From NCBI GenBank assembly GCA_028534125.1, contig CM052817.1:71364001-71428000 (forward strand): a stretch of DNA of 64,000 bases. The letters run 5' to 3'. Shown here piece by piece: positions 42,614 to 57,260 of this stretch. The position numbers and the translations under genes were made by a program. Each line of letters starts with the position of its first letter. Position 1 is the stretch's first letter. The notes below the pieces were generated by a model, which did not search any database, had not been told where the DNA came from, and saw nothing but the letters and a program-made list of their open reading frames with translations. This DNA comes from Lama glama (Eukaryota).

Positions 42614-44875
42614 GTACATTTTCCAAACAGCATAGGGATGATTGGGAAGTTCAAAATGCTTCATAGATCATCCACTTGAGCAATTGACCCTCAACACTAG
42701 AGGGCAGACTTGGGACAGGCACTCTTGAAATTGTTGGAATTTCCATTTCCAGAATCCTGTCAGAGGTAACTTGACTGGTTCAGTGTGTGTTGTTGGTATC
42801 ATTTCTGGTATATATTGTGGAAGAGGCTGGACTATTGGCAGGTCCACGGGGGAATGAAAACCTGGCAGCACCTAGGGAAAAGGTTATTAGGGAGAGGTTT
42901 TGGAGGGGCAAAGGCAACATTTGGGGTCTTTTCCATGTCATTTCTTCCACTCCCCAGCTTCTACCTCACGTGCATTTCCAGAGAATAGCTTTCCTGTGGC
43001 TGTGCTTTTGACTAACAAGTGATCATCTGTCCCTGCCTGTTATAGGCATTCAGTGCATACTTATTTTTTTGGTTGAACTTGAGTACAGAAATACAGTAAG
43101 AATTGTGAATTCTGGCTTTGCTCTCACACCATTTGGCTGATTTTCAGCAAGTCACTTAACCACTGTTTCCTCATCAGGACTCCAAGGTATTTGGATTATA
43201 TGAGCTCTAAGATCCTGTCTGTCTCTGGAGATTTTGTAGGTGTGTAAATTTCGGTGGACTTAACTATACAATGTCCTCAGTTCTTTGAAGCTTCATGACT
43301 TTGTGGACTTCTCGATTACCCAGATTGCATGTGTCAGTCTCTATGGTACTTCCTTCAGTTTCGGATAGCAAGTTTAGTTCATCTTATTTAAATCATGGGA
43401 GAGAAGGAGAAGCACAGTCTGTGTGTATCTAGCTTTTTAAAAGATCAAAAACACTTGCCACCGTCGTGAGCAGCTTGCTGGCTCAGGGCTGTGGTGGGAG
43501 GCCTGGGGATGCTGAGCTCAGTCTCCCAGCCATCAGAACTGTCGTCGACACCAATGGTTGCTGCAGATATCTTTGTGGGTGGGAGAGAGCTGAGCACCCA
43601 AACTGAAGGAGAAGCAGCAGAAACAAATTTGTTTCCATCGGCTGCCTTCCCCAACCCAGCACAGAATTCTGGGACCTATTGACAGAGAGGCATGTGGTTG
43701 GACAATTTGCAGTGCAGAGGGCTGGATTTTGGCTTGAGCCAGAAAAGTGGGCATGTGCCCTTAAACAGTGGGTCATGTATCAGTTTTGCAGTATGTTACT
43801 GCAGAGATCACTGATGAGGAGATGGTGAAGTGTGATTAGTGTTGTGGAAAACAAGAAAATGGAAACATGTTCAGGGGACTTACCCTTCTCTTACTAACGT
43901 TTCTCTCCCTAATCAACTCCTTTCATTATTCTTGTTACACTTTTCTCAAAGAGGAACATGACCAAGGAGATTTTTTTTTCTATTCCTTTTCCTCATTGTA
44001 TTTCTGCGTTCTGGGCTCATTATATAGAGGGCCCACTTCTGAATCCATAGGGCATAATCAACCAAAACCTTGGGGCATTCCCTCTGCTGCGTTCCTGATT
44101 GGCAAGGACAGACTTCACCAAACTGCATCCTTCATCCTGGGTCGTGGGGTCACTTCTTTTCTTTCCTTTTATCGTTAGTCTGCTTTAATCTCTGATCTAT
44201 CTGGTGTGACTGTGAGTCTGTGAACTCTGCTCAGCCTGCATTGCAAGTGCCCAGTCAAATGTGGACAGTACAAACAATGACAAAAATAATCATTTTGTTG
44301 ACCAAAGAGAAATGATGTTTTCTGGGCCTGACTTTTAGAATTCTGATTCCCAAGCTGTTCAGGCATGAAAAGACATCTCATGCGTCCCTGCAAAATAGCA
44401 GTTGCACTATTAGTTCTTATTCCCACTAGTGAGCCCAGATTACTCAGAACGTGGTAGCACATTTAAGTGAATTTTATTAACTAAGCACACACACATATTT
44501 GAAAAGTTGGACATGTACATGTATGAAATATTTGGCCAGTGGACAGTGCTCAGACCACTTGTGAATTCTTGAATTGCTTATAGTAAAAAGTAGCCCCCAG
44601 GGATCCATGACCCACAAATTGGGATTCCAGAATTAGAAGAGTAATTCAGTAAAGGTATTGGCTGTGCCTAGTGGCTTTAATAGGGAATAACATAAGGTTT
44701 CTAACTGAAAACTGAATCTTTCATTAGCCAGAGGGATAAATTTGATCAGGGGCTTTCTTTCAGCTTCCACCCTCCATAGGGTGAACATGACCAAGCCACA
44801 GACTTTTATTTAATGTATGTTGAGATAATTTATGAATTTTAACAATGTTCTGTCTCTCCCTTTTGTTCTCTGCAG

Positions 44876-44981
44876 TTTGTGGTTATAAAGGAACATCAAA
44901 ACCTCGGGAATGGAAGTCAACCTCTAGCCCTCAAGGATGGCCTGGTAGCAGATGTTGGCCAGTTTTCTTCCCTGGAGCCTG
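44876..44981 (+). CDS. EGF: EGF exon 23, cytoplasmic tail ([35 protein letters not shown])
   Basis: ctctgcag|TTT acceptor, CCTG|gtgaat donor; 106 nt, phase 0/1 fits exon 24. Confidence 0.88.
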
Positions 44982-46730
44982 GTGAATGATTATCTTTACC
45001 TGGATCTTGAGGGTTTCCGTGAACGTGAAGAGTCTCATCTATGCACAGAAACAATAGTTAAATTGTATAAGCTATAAATGACATACAACTTCAGAGAAAT
45101 ATATTTGGACTAGATTCTTATCTTCTGTGAGGTTACCATTTCACTCAAAACTCTGGTTGCACAGCAGTCTGCTAGATTCCTTTGAGCAAGCACAGAATGA
45201 GTGATTCTTTGTGTTTGAATTAGACTGGAATTTGAGGTCATTTTTGGGGCTTGGGATCTATTTTGGCATCTGTAGGTATGGTTCCAGTGAAATTGCAAAT
45301 GGCTTCAAGAACATGTGTTCCATGTCCTTGTAGGAAGGGTTTTTGTGAATTTAGGTTGATCTGAGGGGGTTCTCCTAGGGATGTGGGAGTATTTAAGTTT
45401 TATCAGGGGCTAGTGCTCAGCCAGATGCCTGGCCATCTTGAAATCTAGCCAGACCACTGGGAGAGAGGCCATAAAATCCACCCACGTTCTCAGACTGTTA
45501 TGGAACTCAGTCTGCTTCAGGTAGATGTGGAGTTAGATGTGATTTGATGTAATACTTTTGCCAAGAGTTGGATTATGATAAACTTGCTGGGCTTGGATGT
45601 AGTATTTCCTAACTCAGAGGACAAGGTTTGAACATGCTTTGTATCATAAGCTTTTACAAAGTTTCAGAGAAACTTTGAGTCAACAAAAATAGTTCCTCTG
45701 CCAATGAGAGGTGCTTCAGCCCCACTTATATTTTTTTGGTTTTTGCCCTTCATAAATATGCTTATTACCATTCTCTCCTCCTTACATTTCCTTGTAGAGA
45801 GAACATAGACTTGTTGTTTTGAAAACTCACTCTAAATCCCCCTCTCATACCTATGTTGCCATGTAACCCAAATTCAGTATAACTTTATTTCCTAGTTTGA
45901 GGAAGGTTCTGGATATTAAGGTATGCTTCCAAATTGAATATCAAAACTACAATGTAAAATGTATTTTAATATATATTGTTACTAGAGTTTCTACCTGGAT
46001 AATGAAAATTTAGCATTTTCAAAAGTTCCTTGGGTTTTTGTTGTTATTAGTAGCATTTTTGAAAGTAGTGGAATATCTTGTAGTTTCATAGTACTTTTTA
46101 TTGAGGTGCTAAAAGCAAATAATTCTTTTTTATGAAGGTAATCTCCTTTAGAGGTACATATAATGTAATTTTTGCAAGATAATTAGTAGTGCAATTTAAA
46201 GAGTATGGTTAAACTCAGAAAAGAACCAAGAACTGAGTACTCAGGATTAAATTAGAATCTCTTTTTCTTCATTCTGTTGCAGTTTAACCCATTCTTTATG
46301 AGCCACTTATATATTTGTCTCCCAATATGAGTGATCATGTTCCCAGTTGTGTCCAGCCATCTCATAAATGCCTGTTTACGAAAGTGCACGTAGAGATTGG
46401 AGGTGGAGAGGTAGAGTGGAAAATGAGATAAATAAGATTGGCCCTGAGCCAATTCTTTCTCTGTACTCCTGGAAAACCCATTAAACCACAGGCTATACCA
46501 GTGGTGGATCCATAGAACCATATTCATTGACCTTAGCTAACATCAACTGGGGCAGGTTAAGTGCAGAGTACCTTGCTAGGGGAGAGATACTAGCATGTGT
46601 TTAAAACCTGAGCTCTGTTCTCAAGTCATATGGTCCAGATGGGGAGAGAGGAAGTACACAGGGAAAGCTAAAGAGCAATGTCAGATAGCACAGTCTTTTG
46701 AATCATCTTAACTAACCAAAAGTATTGTAA

Positions 46731-47132
<402 letters not shown>

Positions 47133-47919
47133 AAACTGGAATTGAAAGTAAGCTCAAGAAGAACAATTATTGATGGCCAGTAGTATTTCATTTCAAAAAG
47201 TAGAGGAAAAACAGATTTTTGTTCTACTGTCTCTATCTAATCACCTACTCAGAGTCAGAGACAAATACACATGGTGATTTTGTGTCTTCCTTCAAGTAGT
47301 CTCACTGCGGGTTTTCAAGTAAAAGTCACTGGGAGAATCACTATATAACTCACTAGAAACCAAAAGTGGGACAGGAGTGCTTTGTAAACTGTGTTGTCTT
47401 CTATAATCAGTACACACAGATTTTTTTACCTGCAGCCCCAGAAGAAATCTGGGGTTAAAGCAATCAGTCATACAGTTACAATTTCTTTTATCTGGACAGA
47501 ACATTTACCTTAATCTTATGAAATGGTTAGAATATTAAAATTATTATTATAATATATTATAGGCATTTAATTTATCATTAGTGTGGTCCATGCTGGTAAT
47601 TTTGCAGAATAAATTTTGATAAATTAATGGAAAATGTACTAACTTAGAACCTGATCTCTTAAGAATTAGATGGCTTTTTTTTTTCTGTTTTAAAATCTTT
47701 GAATGAAAACACTGAACTTTTAAAACATTACCCAAGAGACTTGTGTTTCTCAGTCATTACTGTCCTTTCTCCCACAGTTTTTTTTTTCTAATGAAAATGG
47801 TAAATTCCCCCTTTGTGTGTTTGCACAGAATTTTCACTTATTTTCAAAATACGAGATTATAAGCAAATTACCTGATTTATTTTCATTTTGGACAGCAATC
47901 AGTGTCTTCTAGTTATTTA

Positions 47920-47925
47920 AATAAA
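47920..47925 (+). terminator. EGF: Probable EGF polyadenylation signal (AATAAA); another AATAAA at 47608-47613
   Basis: AATAAA about 790 nt after the stop, followed by ATTAAA and T-rich sequence; usage not shown. Confidence 0.55.
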
Positions 47926-50499
47926 ATCAGCATTAAATGAAAATTTTATTGTATGCTTAGTTAATAAGTTATAGTTTAATTTTTATGTATAATTTATAAT
48001 TTATTTATAATTTAATTTTAATTAAGGAGATGTTAGAGTCAAGCCAAAATGATTTACAAGCTTGCTATTGTTACTTTAGAAAAAAAAGAACTTGAAATCT
48101 CTCTGATGTTATAAAGTAAAATTTCACAAGGTGTTCTAATTAAATATCATTCTTGCAGTCAAGTCATTGTTACTATGAATTACACAACCTAATACAGTAA
48201 CTGGATTGTTTTGGGCTTTGGATTATTCAGTTTATGCATTAACTATTCCCTTTGCTTATCTTTTCTTTCCTTTCTCTTGAACTCCTTGGACTTTGGTTAT
48301 ACCAGAAGTCAGCATGAAAAGGAGTTGAAGCACGTCTCAGGTAGATACTTCTAAGTTTTAGTAAAGATTTGGTGAGGGGAGGATAACTTTTATTAATTAT
48401 TCAGCATGACCCTTTCCCTCAGTTAATTCAGATTTTTCTGTATTCAGTTTTGCTTTAATTGACAGTTGATAACCTGGAGGGTCAGAAGAGACCTGTCTTT
48501 TATTTCTAATGAGTGAACTGACCCCAGAAAAACAATAGTCATAATTCCCTTAATGATGGGGAAGTTACATTCCTAAGGGTAAATTTTTTTCCTTCTTCCA
48601 CAAGTGAGCATTTTTCTTTTAGCACGTGTTTCTTTTAGGATTCCAATGATAACCAAAGGGATAACATGAGACCACAATGGCCCAAAACCTAGCATTAACT
48701 TTGAACCGTTACCTTCAAGTTGTTCAGTGACTTGATACCTCATAAACTGGGACCATGTGTTCTTGACCAGGCTCAACACCGTCTCCCTAGTCAGAGGAAA
48801 GAAAAACACACACTTTGTGTTGTTTAGTCAGCAAGTCACCCTAAAGTTATTTTCTTTTGTTGATGTTCCACGTCTCTACTAGAAATATCCTTCTTTAAAA
48901 ACCTATTTTTAAAAAAGGACATTTTTATCTGAGATATTTGATTTGCATTTTTTCCAGAGTGAATATTTTTGTTTCCTAAATCTCATGGTCTCATTGTGCA
49001 CAATGCCTGACTGTGATTCTATTTGACTAAATGTCACCTACTACATATAGCATGAGCATTCTGCCCGCTTCTCCAGCACCTAATAGAAGGTTTAGCACAC
49101 TCTATTCTTTTGAAACCATATGGTTCCAGGTCTACCTGTTAACCTTGATTTCCAACTTTTCATGTGAATAAATGATTATCGTGTGATAATTGAAAATATG
49201 TTAGAAGCACTAAATAAGAAAATATTAAAAAAACATACATGCAAACCAACAAAAAAGGCTGGGAGAAAAGAAATATCTGGGTAATTCAAGCAGCTGTGAC
49301 AAGCAAGATTTTGCTGTTTTGTTTTTACTTTTTCTTTTTTAAAGTCCTTAAATGAGAAGCTCTCTCCACATTGTTTCATGCTGAGTTCTTCAACTCCAGG
49401 TGTGCCTGAAGCAGAGTTCTTGCCCGTTTGGAACTTGTAGCCATATGCTTACAACAACGTAGCTCAGTAGGAAAAAATGTGACGGATGCTGAATCTTAAT
49501 CACTCATATATCTGAAACAGACGTTAGCGAGCACATAAATTACCTAGCTGGTGGTCATTTCCTTTTCTTGCCTCCTCTACAGTGAATAGTTGGCCTTCTG
49601 ACATGGTTCAGTTTCCATTTCTGGTGGGCCAGAAGGAGCATTACGATATGCCCTACTTAGCAAGTAAGCCTTTAGAGTGCATTCTAAACTAAAAGTGGTC
49701 ACTCCCAGATTATTGCCTGAGTTACTTGGGTTCTTATTTTCCATTTATACCACTCATCTGCCAAAATGATAAAGTATAATAAAGTGTAGTAAAACTGTAT
49801 GGATTCCTTTTGGAGTCAGGCACTTGCGTCTTGGTTTCTTTAGCTCTAAATGAGGCCTCCTTTGTGTGAAACAACTTAAAGTAACAGCAGCACCCATACA
49901 AACTAAGGTGTTTCTACCACTGAGTTATTGAGGTACTCAAAGCCTTTCTGCTATAAACACCAAATTTTTTTTTTCAAATTTAGGATAGTGCTCTTTCTCT
50001 ACCACTGTATGAAGCATGTTGAGCATAATTACATGTTTTCTTGATGACCTAAGAACCTCGTTACATACCAGCCATAATAGCATGCTACAGTTTTGTGATG
50101 TCAGAGCTCCTTTACTGCATAGCAGAGGTCCTTAGAACTTGAGTCCAAATACTTTAACCTATTATTTTTATTACTTCTATGGACTTTGAAGCTGTCAGCT
50201 CTCATGTCTCTATCAGTTACCTTCCGTAGGCAGTCCTCCTCACCTTCCTTGTTGCTTCTGTTTTGTAAACTTTGTGTTCAGATAACCAAGCAAGTTGGCA
50301 CTGTAAGTAAAGTAAGAATACATGTGTATTGAAGGAAAGACTAAGAACATTTCCTGTATAAAGTACTGATGTTTTAGCTCATAAACTTTTGGTAGGTTGC
50401 ATCCTTTTATTTTGTCCTTAGTCTTCTCAGCTGCATTCTCAGAATGCAGATACGTAGATTCCAGGTAGACGAGGTGGTGTCTGCGTATTTAATGGCAAT

Positions 50500-50750
50500 A
50501 CAGAATGTAGAGGTTAAGAAGATGGTCTCTGAAGTCAACAGATCTGGATTTGAATCCCGTTGTGTCACTTAGCTAGCTTTGTTACCTTGTTCAATCTACA
50601 TAATCTCTCTCAACTTCAGTCTCCTCCTCTGTAGGTTGGAGAGAGTAACACTACTGCTGTCAGAGGATTGTTGTGATTTTAAATGAAATAATGCATGCCG
50701 AGTACTTAGCATAATGCTTACCACACAATCAAATGGTATTGTAATAGTTA
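50500..50750 (+). mobile_element. MIR SINE
   Basis: ctggatttgaatccc...cacttagctagctttgttaccttg...cttcagtctcctcctctgta...ttaaatgaaataatgcatg. Confidence 0.8.
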
Positions 50751-52871
50751 TTATTTTGCCCCTTCTTGAGGCCACTGTATTCCTAGCATTAGTTTACACT
50801 GTGGTAACCTTGTTTGTATTGTTTCTAGTCCAAGCAAATGGCACATGAAGACGGGGCGAAGAGCAGAGTCCTAAACTGCTGGGTCAAAATTTTAAGAGGC
50901 ATAATGCATAAATATTAAGACAGATTAAGCATTCAATTTTATTTTTTACATTAAAATGACTACCTTAGACATACATGTTTGGGACTCAGTAATTTATTTA
51001 TCAAGTTTCATGCATTGGGTAAAGAAAATTAATGACCATATTAGTATGAGACAACACTGCCTTGATACAACTGGGAAAAGCATTTTTTGTTTTTATCTAC
51101 TTTTTTTAAAGGCAGGAAACTTAGAAGAGGCTTCTACTGAAAATCTTAGTTCACCTTCATAATTCAGACAGTAGACAAATATGTCATGGTTTATGAGACT
51201 AACAACCCCTTTTTTTTACCCTTTGTTTTTATAGTGAGATATTTATGTAACATTTGTTGGCAGCTGTTAAGCCAGGTAGAAATACACTGTAGAATGTGGA
51301 CATTAGTTTTAAATACTTAGTAATTTGTTAGAGTTGGAAACAGCAGCACAAAAGACGCAGGTGGTAACTTCTAATGGTAGGTAAGAAAATACATAATTAG
51401 AGTTCTAGTACCACCTGATCTGTCAATAGCAACTTTCCAGAATTTTTCATTATCGTCACCTGCTTTTATTAATATTTTCACCTGTTGCCTCAGTAATAAG
51501 GAAATACTATCTAAAAAACTGGAATGACTGGGCTATGATTAAGCTTTTAAGCCATTTATACCCAAATCTCATTTAAACCTCCTAGTCCCATAGATGTGGA
51601 TATATATGATAGTTTGCAGTGAGGTCAAAACCCTTTGTATCTGTGGAATTAAAATATTTTTCTCCAGAGTTCTTACATTTGCATTGTGCTTTTTAATTTA
51701 CTGAAGATTTTTGTGTTTGTTATCTTATTTGACCTCATTAATGAGAATTAATCCAAACTATGAAGTTAGTGGGGCAGATTTTCTTTCCATTTTACTCACT
51801 CTTAAAGACTGTATCCAAAGCCAAAGGAAAGTGAAGATTAATAATAAAATACATTACTAGAAATAAAAATTACTTCACAATGATAAAATGTTCAGTTTGC
51901 CAGAAATATAGTCTAATTCTAAAATCATATACACTTAATACCCAACCTCAAATATATAAAGCAAAAAATTGACAGCTTGCAAGAAGTATTGAAGAAAACA
52001 CTATTACAGTAGCAGATTTTACCATACTACTCTTGGTAATTAATAAACTTAGGAGACAAAAAAACTAGTAAGGATATAGACTTTAAAGTATAATGATTAC
52101 AATTGGAGATATAGAAATTCATGAACATTAGTTTGTGTTAGTCCATAACGTAGCTTCAAGAAGTTTTACAAGACATACGTGCAGTGATGTAGACCATATT
52201 CTCTGAACATAATAAAATTGAGTTAGAGTTAAATCATAAGTGATAGTGAGAATGCTTGGAAACTAGAAAAACACTTCTAAATAACAAAGGTCAAAGATGA
52301 AATCATAATGGAAATTAGTACATAGAAATGAACAATTGTGAAAATTCTATATACCACAACTCATGGAACATAACTAAACTGACAGAGGGAATTTTATAGC
52401 TTTATTTCCTTAAATTATACGGGAAAAAAGACTGAAGATTAGTTAAGAAGCACCCAACTGAAGTAGTTAAAAAAAAAAGTTGAATGAATCCAAAGAAAAT
52501 GTAAACAAAGATATGTATCATAAAGAGCAGAAATTACTGAAAATAGGAAAAAATATAAGAATTTTAAAAGCCAAAGTTAGTTGTTTGAAAAAATTTAACA
52601 ACTATGTGACAAAATTAATCAGAGGGAAAAAGAGAATAAACAATTATATAGGGTTACAGATGAAAAGAGCATACAACTATAGGCATGGTAGCAATTAAAA
52701 AGAGAATAGTATGAATAACTATGACAATATAATTTTAAGTTTAGGCCAAATAGACAATTGCCTAGGGAAAAAATCCAGCTTACCAAACTTTCAGAGAAAG
52801 ACTAGTTTTAAACCCATTAAAGAAACTTAAAAATTTTCAATTCTTCTTCAAGGAAAGTACTAAGCATTTCA

Positions 52872-53420
52872 TGTTTGATAGCTTTGCATTGTGCCAACTT
52901 GGTAAACTGGAACTGTTCCCTAGAATTTCATCCTTTATTGTTTTGGTGATAACAGTTAATCATCAAGGTTAGATGCAGTGAAAGACAGATGTACAGGTAC
53001 TGGCTAGTCCTTACTCTTCCCTATGGTGGTTGCCAGGTTGCAGATTGTACTCCTTCTCCTTTACCTGGTGTTCATCTGTTTTTCCTGATTGACCAGTGAT
53101 CCCAGACCCCCCATTAGACACAGATGCAGAAGTCTTCCATTGACCTCCCCACCAGCTCTGCTGCAGCTACCATGAAAGGTGAGAGTGCCTGGCTTTGCAG
53201 ATTTCTCTGCAAACTACCTCATTCATGAATTCCATTGCATCAAGATTGCTGATCAGTGACTTTTCTCTGATCCTCCAAATCCCCTCACTGGACCTTACTA
53301 TCTTAGTTCCCCCTGAAAGTATGTAAGATCTAATTTCTATAATAAATTATTTATTCCATAATACTTTATTTCCATAAGAAAGTAGTTTGCTTTCTTGATT
53401 TAATCTTAACTGATTTAACA
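52872..53420 (+). mobile_element. ERVL-type solo LTR (MLT2-like) nested in old L1
   Basis: Starts tgtttgatagct...tgtgccaacttggtaaactggaact; aataaa at 53341; ends ...ttaactgatttaaca; composition differs from the host L1. Confidence 0.55.
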
Positions 53421-53499
53421 GGAAGATTCAACCAAATATTCAATATACAGCTAATTCTTGTATTACACAAATTCTTCCATAGAATAAAAAAAAAAAGGA

Positions 53500-54432
53500 A
53501 AATGAGAAGATATACATATGGCAAATAAGCATCTAAAAATATGCTCCACGTCATCTTTAATTTGCATTTTAAAACAATGAGATGCTGCTACACACCTATT
53601 AGAATGGCCAAAATCTGAAACACTGACAACACCAAATGCTAACAAGGATTTGAAACAGGAACTCTAATTCATTGCTGGTGGAAATGCGAAATGATACAGC
53701 CACTTTGGAAGACAGTTTGGTGACTTCTTATAAAACTAAACCATTTGATCCAGCAATCAACCTTATGATATTTACTCAAAGGAGTTGAAAATTTATGTCC
53801 ACACAAAAACTCACACATAGGTGTTTATAGCAGCTTTATTCAATATTGCCAAAACTTGGAAGCATCCAAGATGTCCTTCAGTGGGTGAATGGATAAATAA
53901 ACTGATAATCCAGATAATGGAATACTGTTTAGCACTAAAAAGAAATGAGCTATCAAAGCTACGAAAAGATGTGGAGAGACCTTAAATTCATATTCGTAAG
54001 TGAAAGAAGCCAACCTGAAAAGGCTACGTGTATGGTTCTAACTATGACATTCTGGAAAAGGCAAAGCTTCGGAGACAATAAAAAGATCAGTGGTTGCCAG
54101 CGGTTAAGGGGGAGGCATGAATAGGTGGAACACAGAGGGTTTTTTAGAAAAGTTAAAATACTCTGTATGAATACTATAAATGTATATATGTCATAAATTT
54201 TTTCCAAACTCAGAGAATGTACAACACCAAGACTTTGATAAGGAAAACTGGACTTTGGGTGATTATGATGTGTCATGTAACTTCATTAATTGTAACAAAT
54301 GCACCATTCTGATGGGGGAATGTCAATAATGGGGGAGGCTATGCCTGTGTAGGTTCAAGAGGTATATGGGACATCTTTGTACCTTCCTTTCAACTTTGCT
54401 GTGAACCTAAAACTACTCTAAAAATACAGTCT
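53500..54432 (+). mobile_element. L1MC1/2-like 3' end nested in older L1
   Basis: acacctattagaatggccaaaat...cactttggaagacagtttgg...ggactttgggtgattatgatgtgtca...gctgtgaacctaaaactactctaaaaa. Confidence 0.8.
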
Positions 54433-57049
54433 TTTTTGTTTAAAGGAAAACGGTCCCTACCTCATCTTATGGGGTTAATATAACCTTTATTTCTAAAGTA
54501 AATAAAAGCTAGTAAAGCTTGTGCTAGTAGAATCTAGCACAATAAAGAATAATTATAGGCCAAATTCAATTATGAGTATAGACAGAAAACATCCAAACAA
54601 AATATTAACAAATGAATTTAGCAATATATTTATCATGACCAAGTGACAATTATAACTGAAATTTTGTTTAAATATTTAAACCAATTTGTATAAAAGTAAC
54701 AAATCAAAAGAGAAAAACACTTTAATAAATGCAGAAATGTTTTTAATAAAATTCAAGATCCATTCATGACAAAATCTTAGCAAAATACAAAGAAAAGTTA
54801 AATTCCTTAATTTGATGAAGAAAAATCTACCAAAATCCCATAGCAAACATTATATTTAATGGTGAAATGTTGAAGATCAGAGTCAGGAAAATGATGCCTA
54901 GCATCACTTCTATTCAACATTTAGCTAGATGTTGTAGACAGTAATTTGACAGCACAGTAATATTCTCAAAACAGTAAGATGTAAAAAAAAAGTAAGGTTT
55001 GAAAATAAGGAACTTACACACTCATTATTTTGAGATGATACACTGTTCAAAGAGGACACAAAAATATCTACATTTAAATTGCAAGAAGTGATACAAAATC
55101 ATTATACCTCAGTAACACTAACTAGAAAATATAGTTAAAATATATATTACTTACAATAGTATAAATATGAAGTAACCATGAATAAATCTAACAGGGTCCA
55201 GGCCTATTTTGGAGAAAATTAAAAACTTGATTAAAAGACATGAAAGATGTATACTAAAGAAAGTAAACCATGTTCATGGATAGGAAATCTTAGTATATCT
55301 CCTCAAACAGATATTTAGATTCAAAAAATGTTAATAAAAATCTGTTTTTAAAATAAAACTTGACAAACTGATTTTAAAATTTAAATGGAAAGGTCTAGTT
55401 ATAAAAGTCATTGACAAATAATTCTGAAATGTAGTTTTCTTTGGCACTAGGAGAGGATGCCTGCAGTGATGAGTGTCCAGGGCTTCTGAGGTCCTGGTTA
55501 TGTTCCAGCTGTAAGTCTCAGTGGTAGGTACATAGGTATTTCTATTACTATTATTCCTCTGTAAACTACCCATATGTCATACAAAAAATGTGGAAAAAAT
55601 GTATATTTCACAGTTACAAAAAAAAAAAAAGGGGGTGAAAAGAACAAAAAGAAATTGTCTGTAAATTCTACTGAGCACTTGATGGATTCCAAAGCATAAT
55701 TATTGACATTCCTTGCATTTGTCTGGGTTGGGTTTTCTGAACTCTGGATCCCTGAAGCCATGAAGCATGTATGCCAAATTAACAGGTTTCTGAGCTGGGA
55801 ATTTTCCTCCACAGTTGGAAGAGCCTGAAGAGAGGCAGAGAATGCTGTTTATCACACACTTTGAACACTTTGGGCAAGTAGAGGGATACAAAAGAGGAAT
55901 GAGATAATGGAGGTTATGAGGAAGGACAGGCTGTGTTCAACCTAGGAGGCACTATATAGAGAAGTTTAAAAAATTGGCATTTGGAGTCTCATAAGAAATT
56001 ACCTGGTTGGGGATGGTAAAAAAAAAATGATGTTCATAATTATAATGAGAAGGGATATTCAAGTTCTGGTGATTTGATTTGCTTCATTCTTCTATTAACA
56101 AATCTGACTTTCAGCAATTCATTGTCTAGGTTTTCCCCTTAACTTTCAGTTTTAAATTCTGCTTTTCGTATCCTTGTAAAACTCTCTATAAAACTGCTAA
56201 ATTATTCAACAGATTTATACAGCCACGCATATGCTTGCCCAGAGCTGGAAAAGATAATGAAACTATACTTTCTGCATTCATGAGATAATTGATAGGGATA
56301 ATTTTTTAAGCAATTAAAATAGAGAGGAAATCAAGATCACAAATTCAAGAAAGCAGAAGCTTCAAAGTCCTCTGCCTCTAAAAACTTCTTAACCCTCTGC
56401 CATATTAGAACTCTTGGAACCAGTTGTTGTTCTTTTTTCATTCCAAACTCAGATTTCTTTCAGTTTGTCTCTTGGACACCAAATGACTTTTTATTCTCAC
56501 AATTGTTAACATTTTCTTATTCAAAAACTGTTATAAAACTCAGCAGAGTTCTCAGATAGTAAGGCAAATAGAAAAATCTGGACTCAGTGATCACTGAGAT
56601 TCCTAAGTCAGTCACTCTATCTACTCATGAATAGAAGAGGGAAAGGAGCCTTTATAATCCTACCCCTGCAACTGGACCATTTTAGAGATACAATATATCC
56701 TAAAAGTCATCAAGTTCCATGCTCAAAGTAGAATTTTCTCTCCCAAGTCTGAAGAGGGCCCTTTGGCTTCAGCTTTCAACTTAAGACTTGTGTCACAGAG
56801 AGCTTGGTACTTCAAAAGACAGCTTGTTATGCCATTGGAGCTGTAAGAAAATTCTTCCTTATAGAGAGGCGTAACAGCTATCCAGCAGGCTGACTCTGAC
56901 ATCAAGTCAGAGAAAGACCAATTCTTCATTTAATCCTTAAAATAATTGGAAAATTTTGTCTCCTTTTTCAAGTCATGTCCCCTGAGAAGTCAAATAGCCC
57001 TGCTTTTGTTGCAATTATATTTTCAGACCTTTCAGATGTAGTTCAGACT

Positions 57050-57260
57050 ATGCCTCTCTTTGGAGATCTAACTCCAGGGTGTCAGTGTCCTTTCTGAAGT
57101 GAGATGTCCAAACTGAGCACCATACTGCAGATGTAGCCCAGATCTTGTGGAGAACTAAGTTAGTTATTTCCCCTTTTGCACTAAGCTTCTGAAATCTTGT
57201 TAGTTCTGATAGAAACTACATCACACAGGAAGCTCATATAGAAATAATCAGGGATTAAAA
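57050..57260 (-). mobile_element. Possible L3/CR1 relic
   Basis: gaagtgagatgtccaaactgagcaccatactgcagatgtagcc resembles antisense CR1/L3; highly diverged. Confidence 0.35.

Larger units (their letters stand above)
51800..55420 (+). mobile_element. Old degenerate L1 ORF2 region, interrupted by nested elements; boundaries approximate
   Basis: A-rich; relics of endonuclease and RT coding sequence (cttcacaatgataaaatgttcagtt; aatgcagaaatgtttttaataaaattcaagatccattcatga; catcacttctattcaacat; ccatgttcatggataggaa). Confidence 0.75.

Noticed and set aside
43445..43776. GC-richer stretch with four overlapping ORFs in intron 22
   Set aside because: No recognisable protein, TSD or poly-A; exons 22 and 23 already join in phase. 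It may be regulatory, but I cannot support that.
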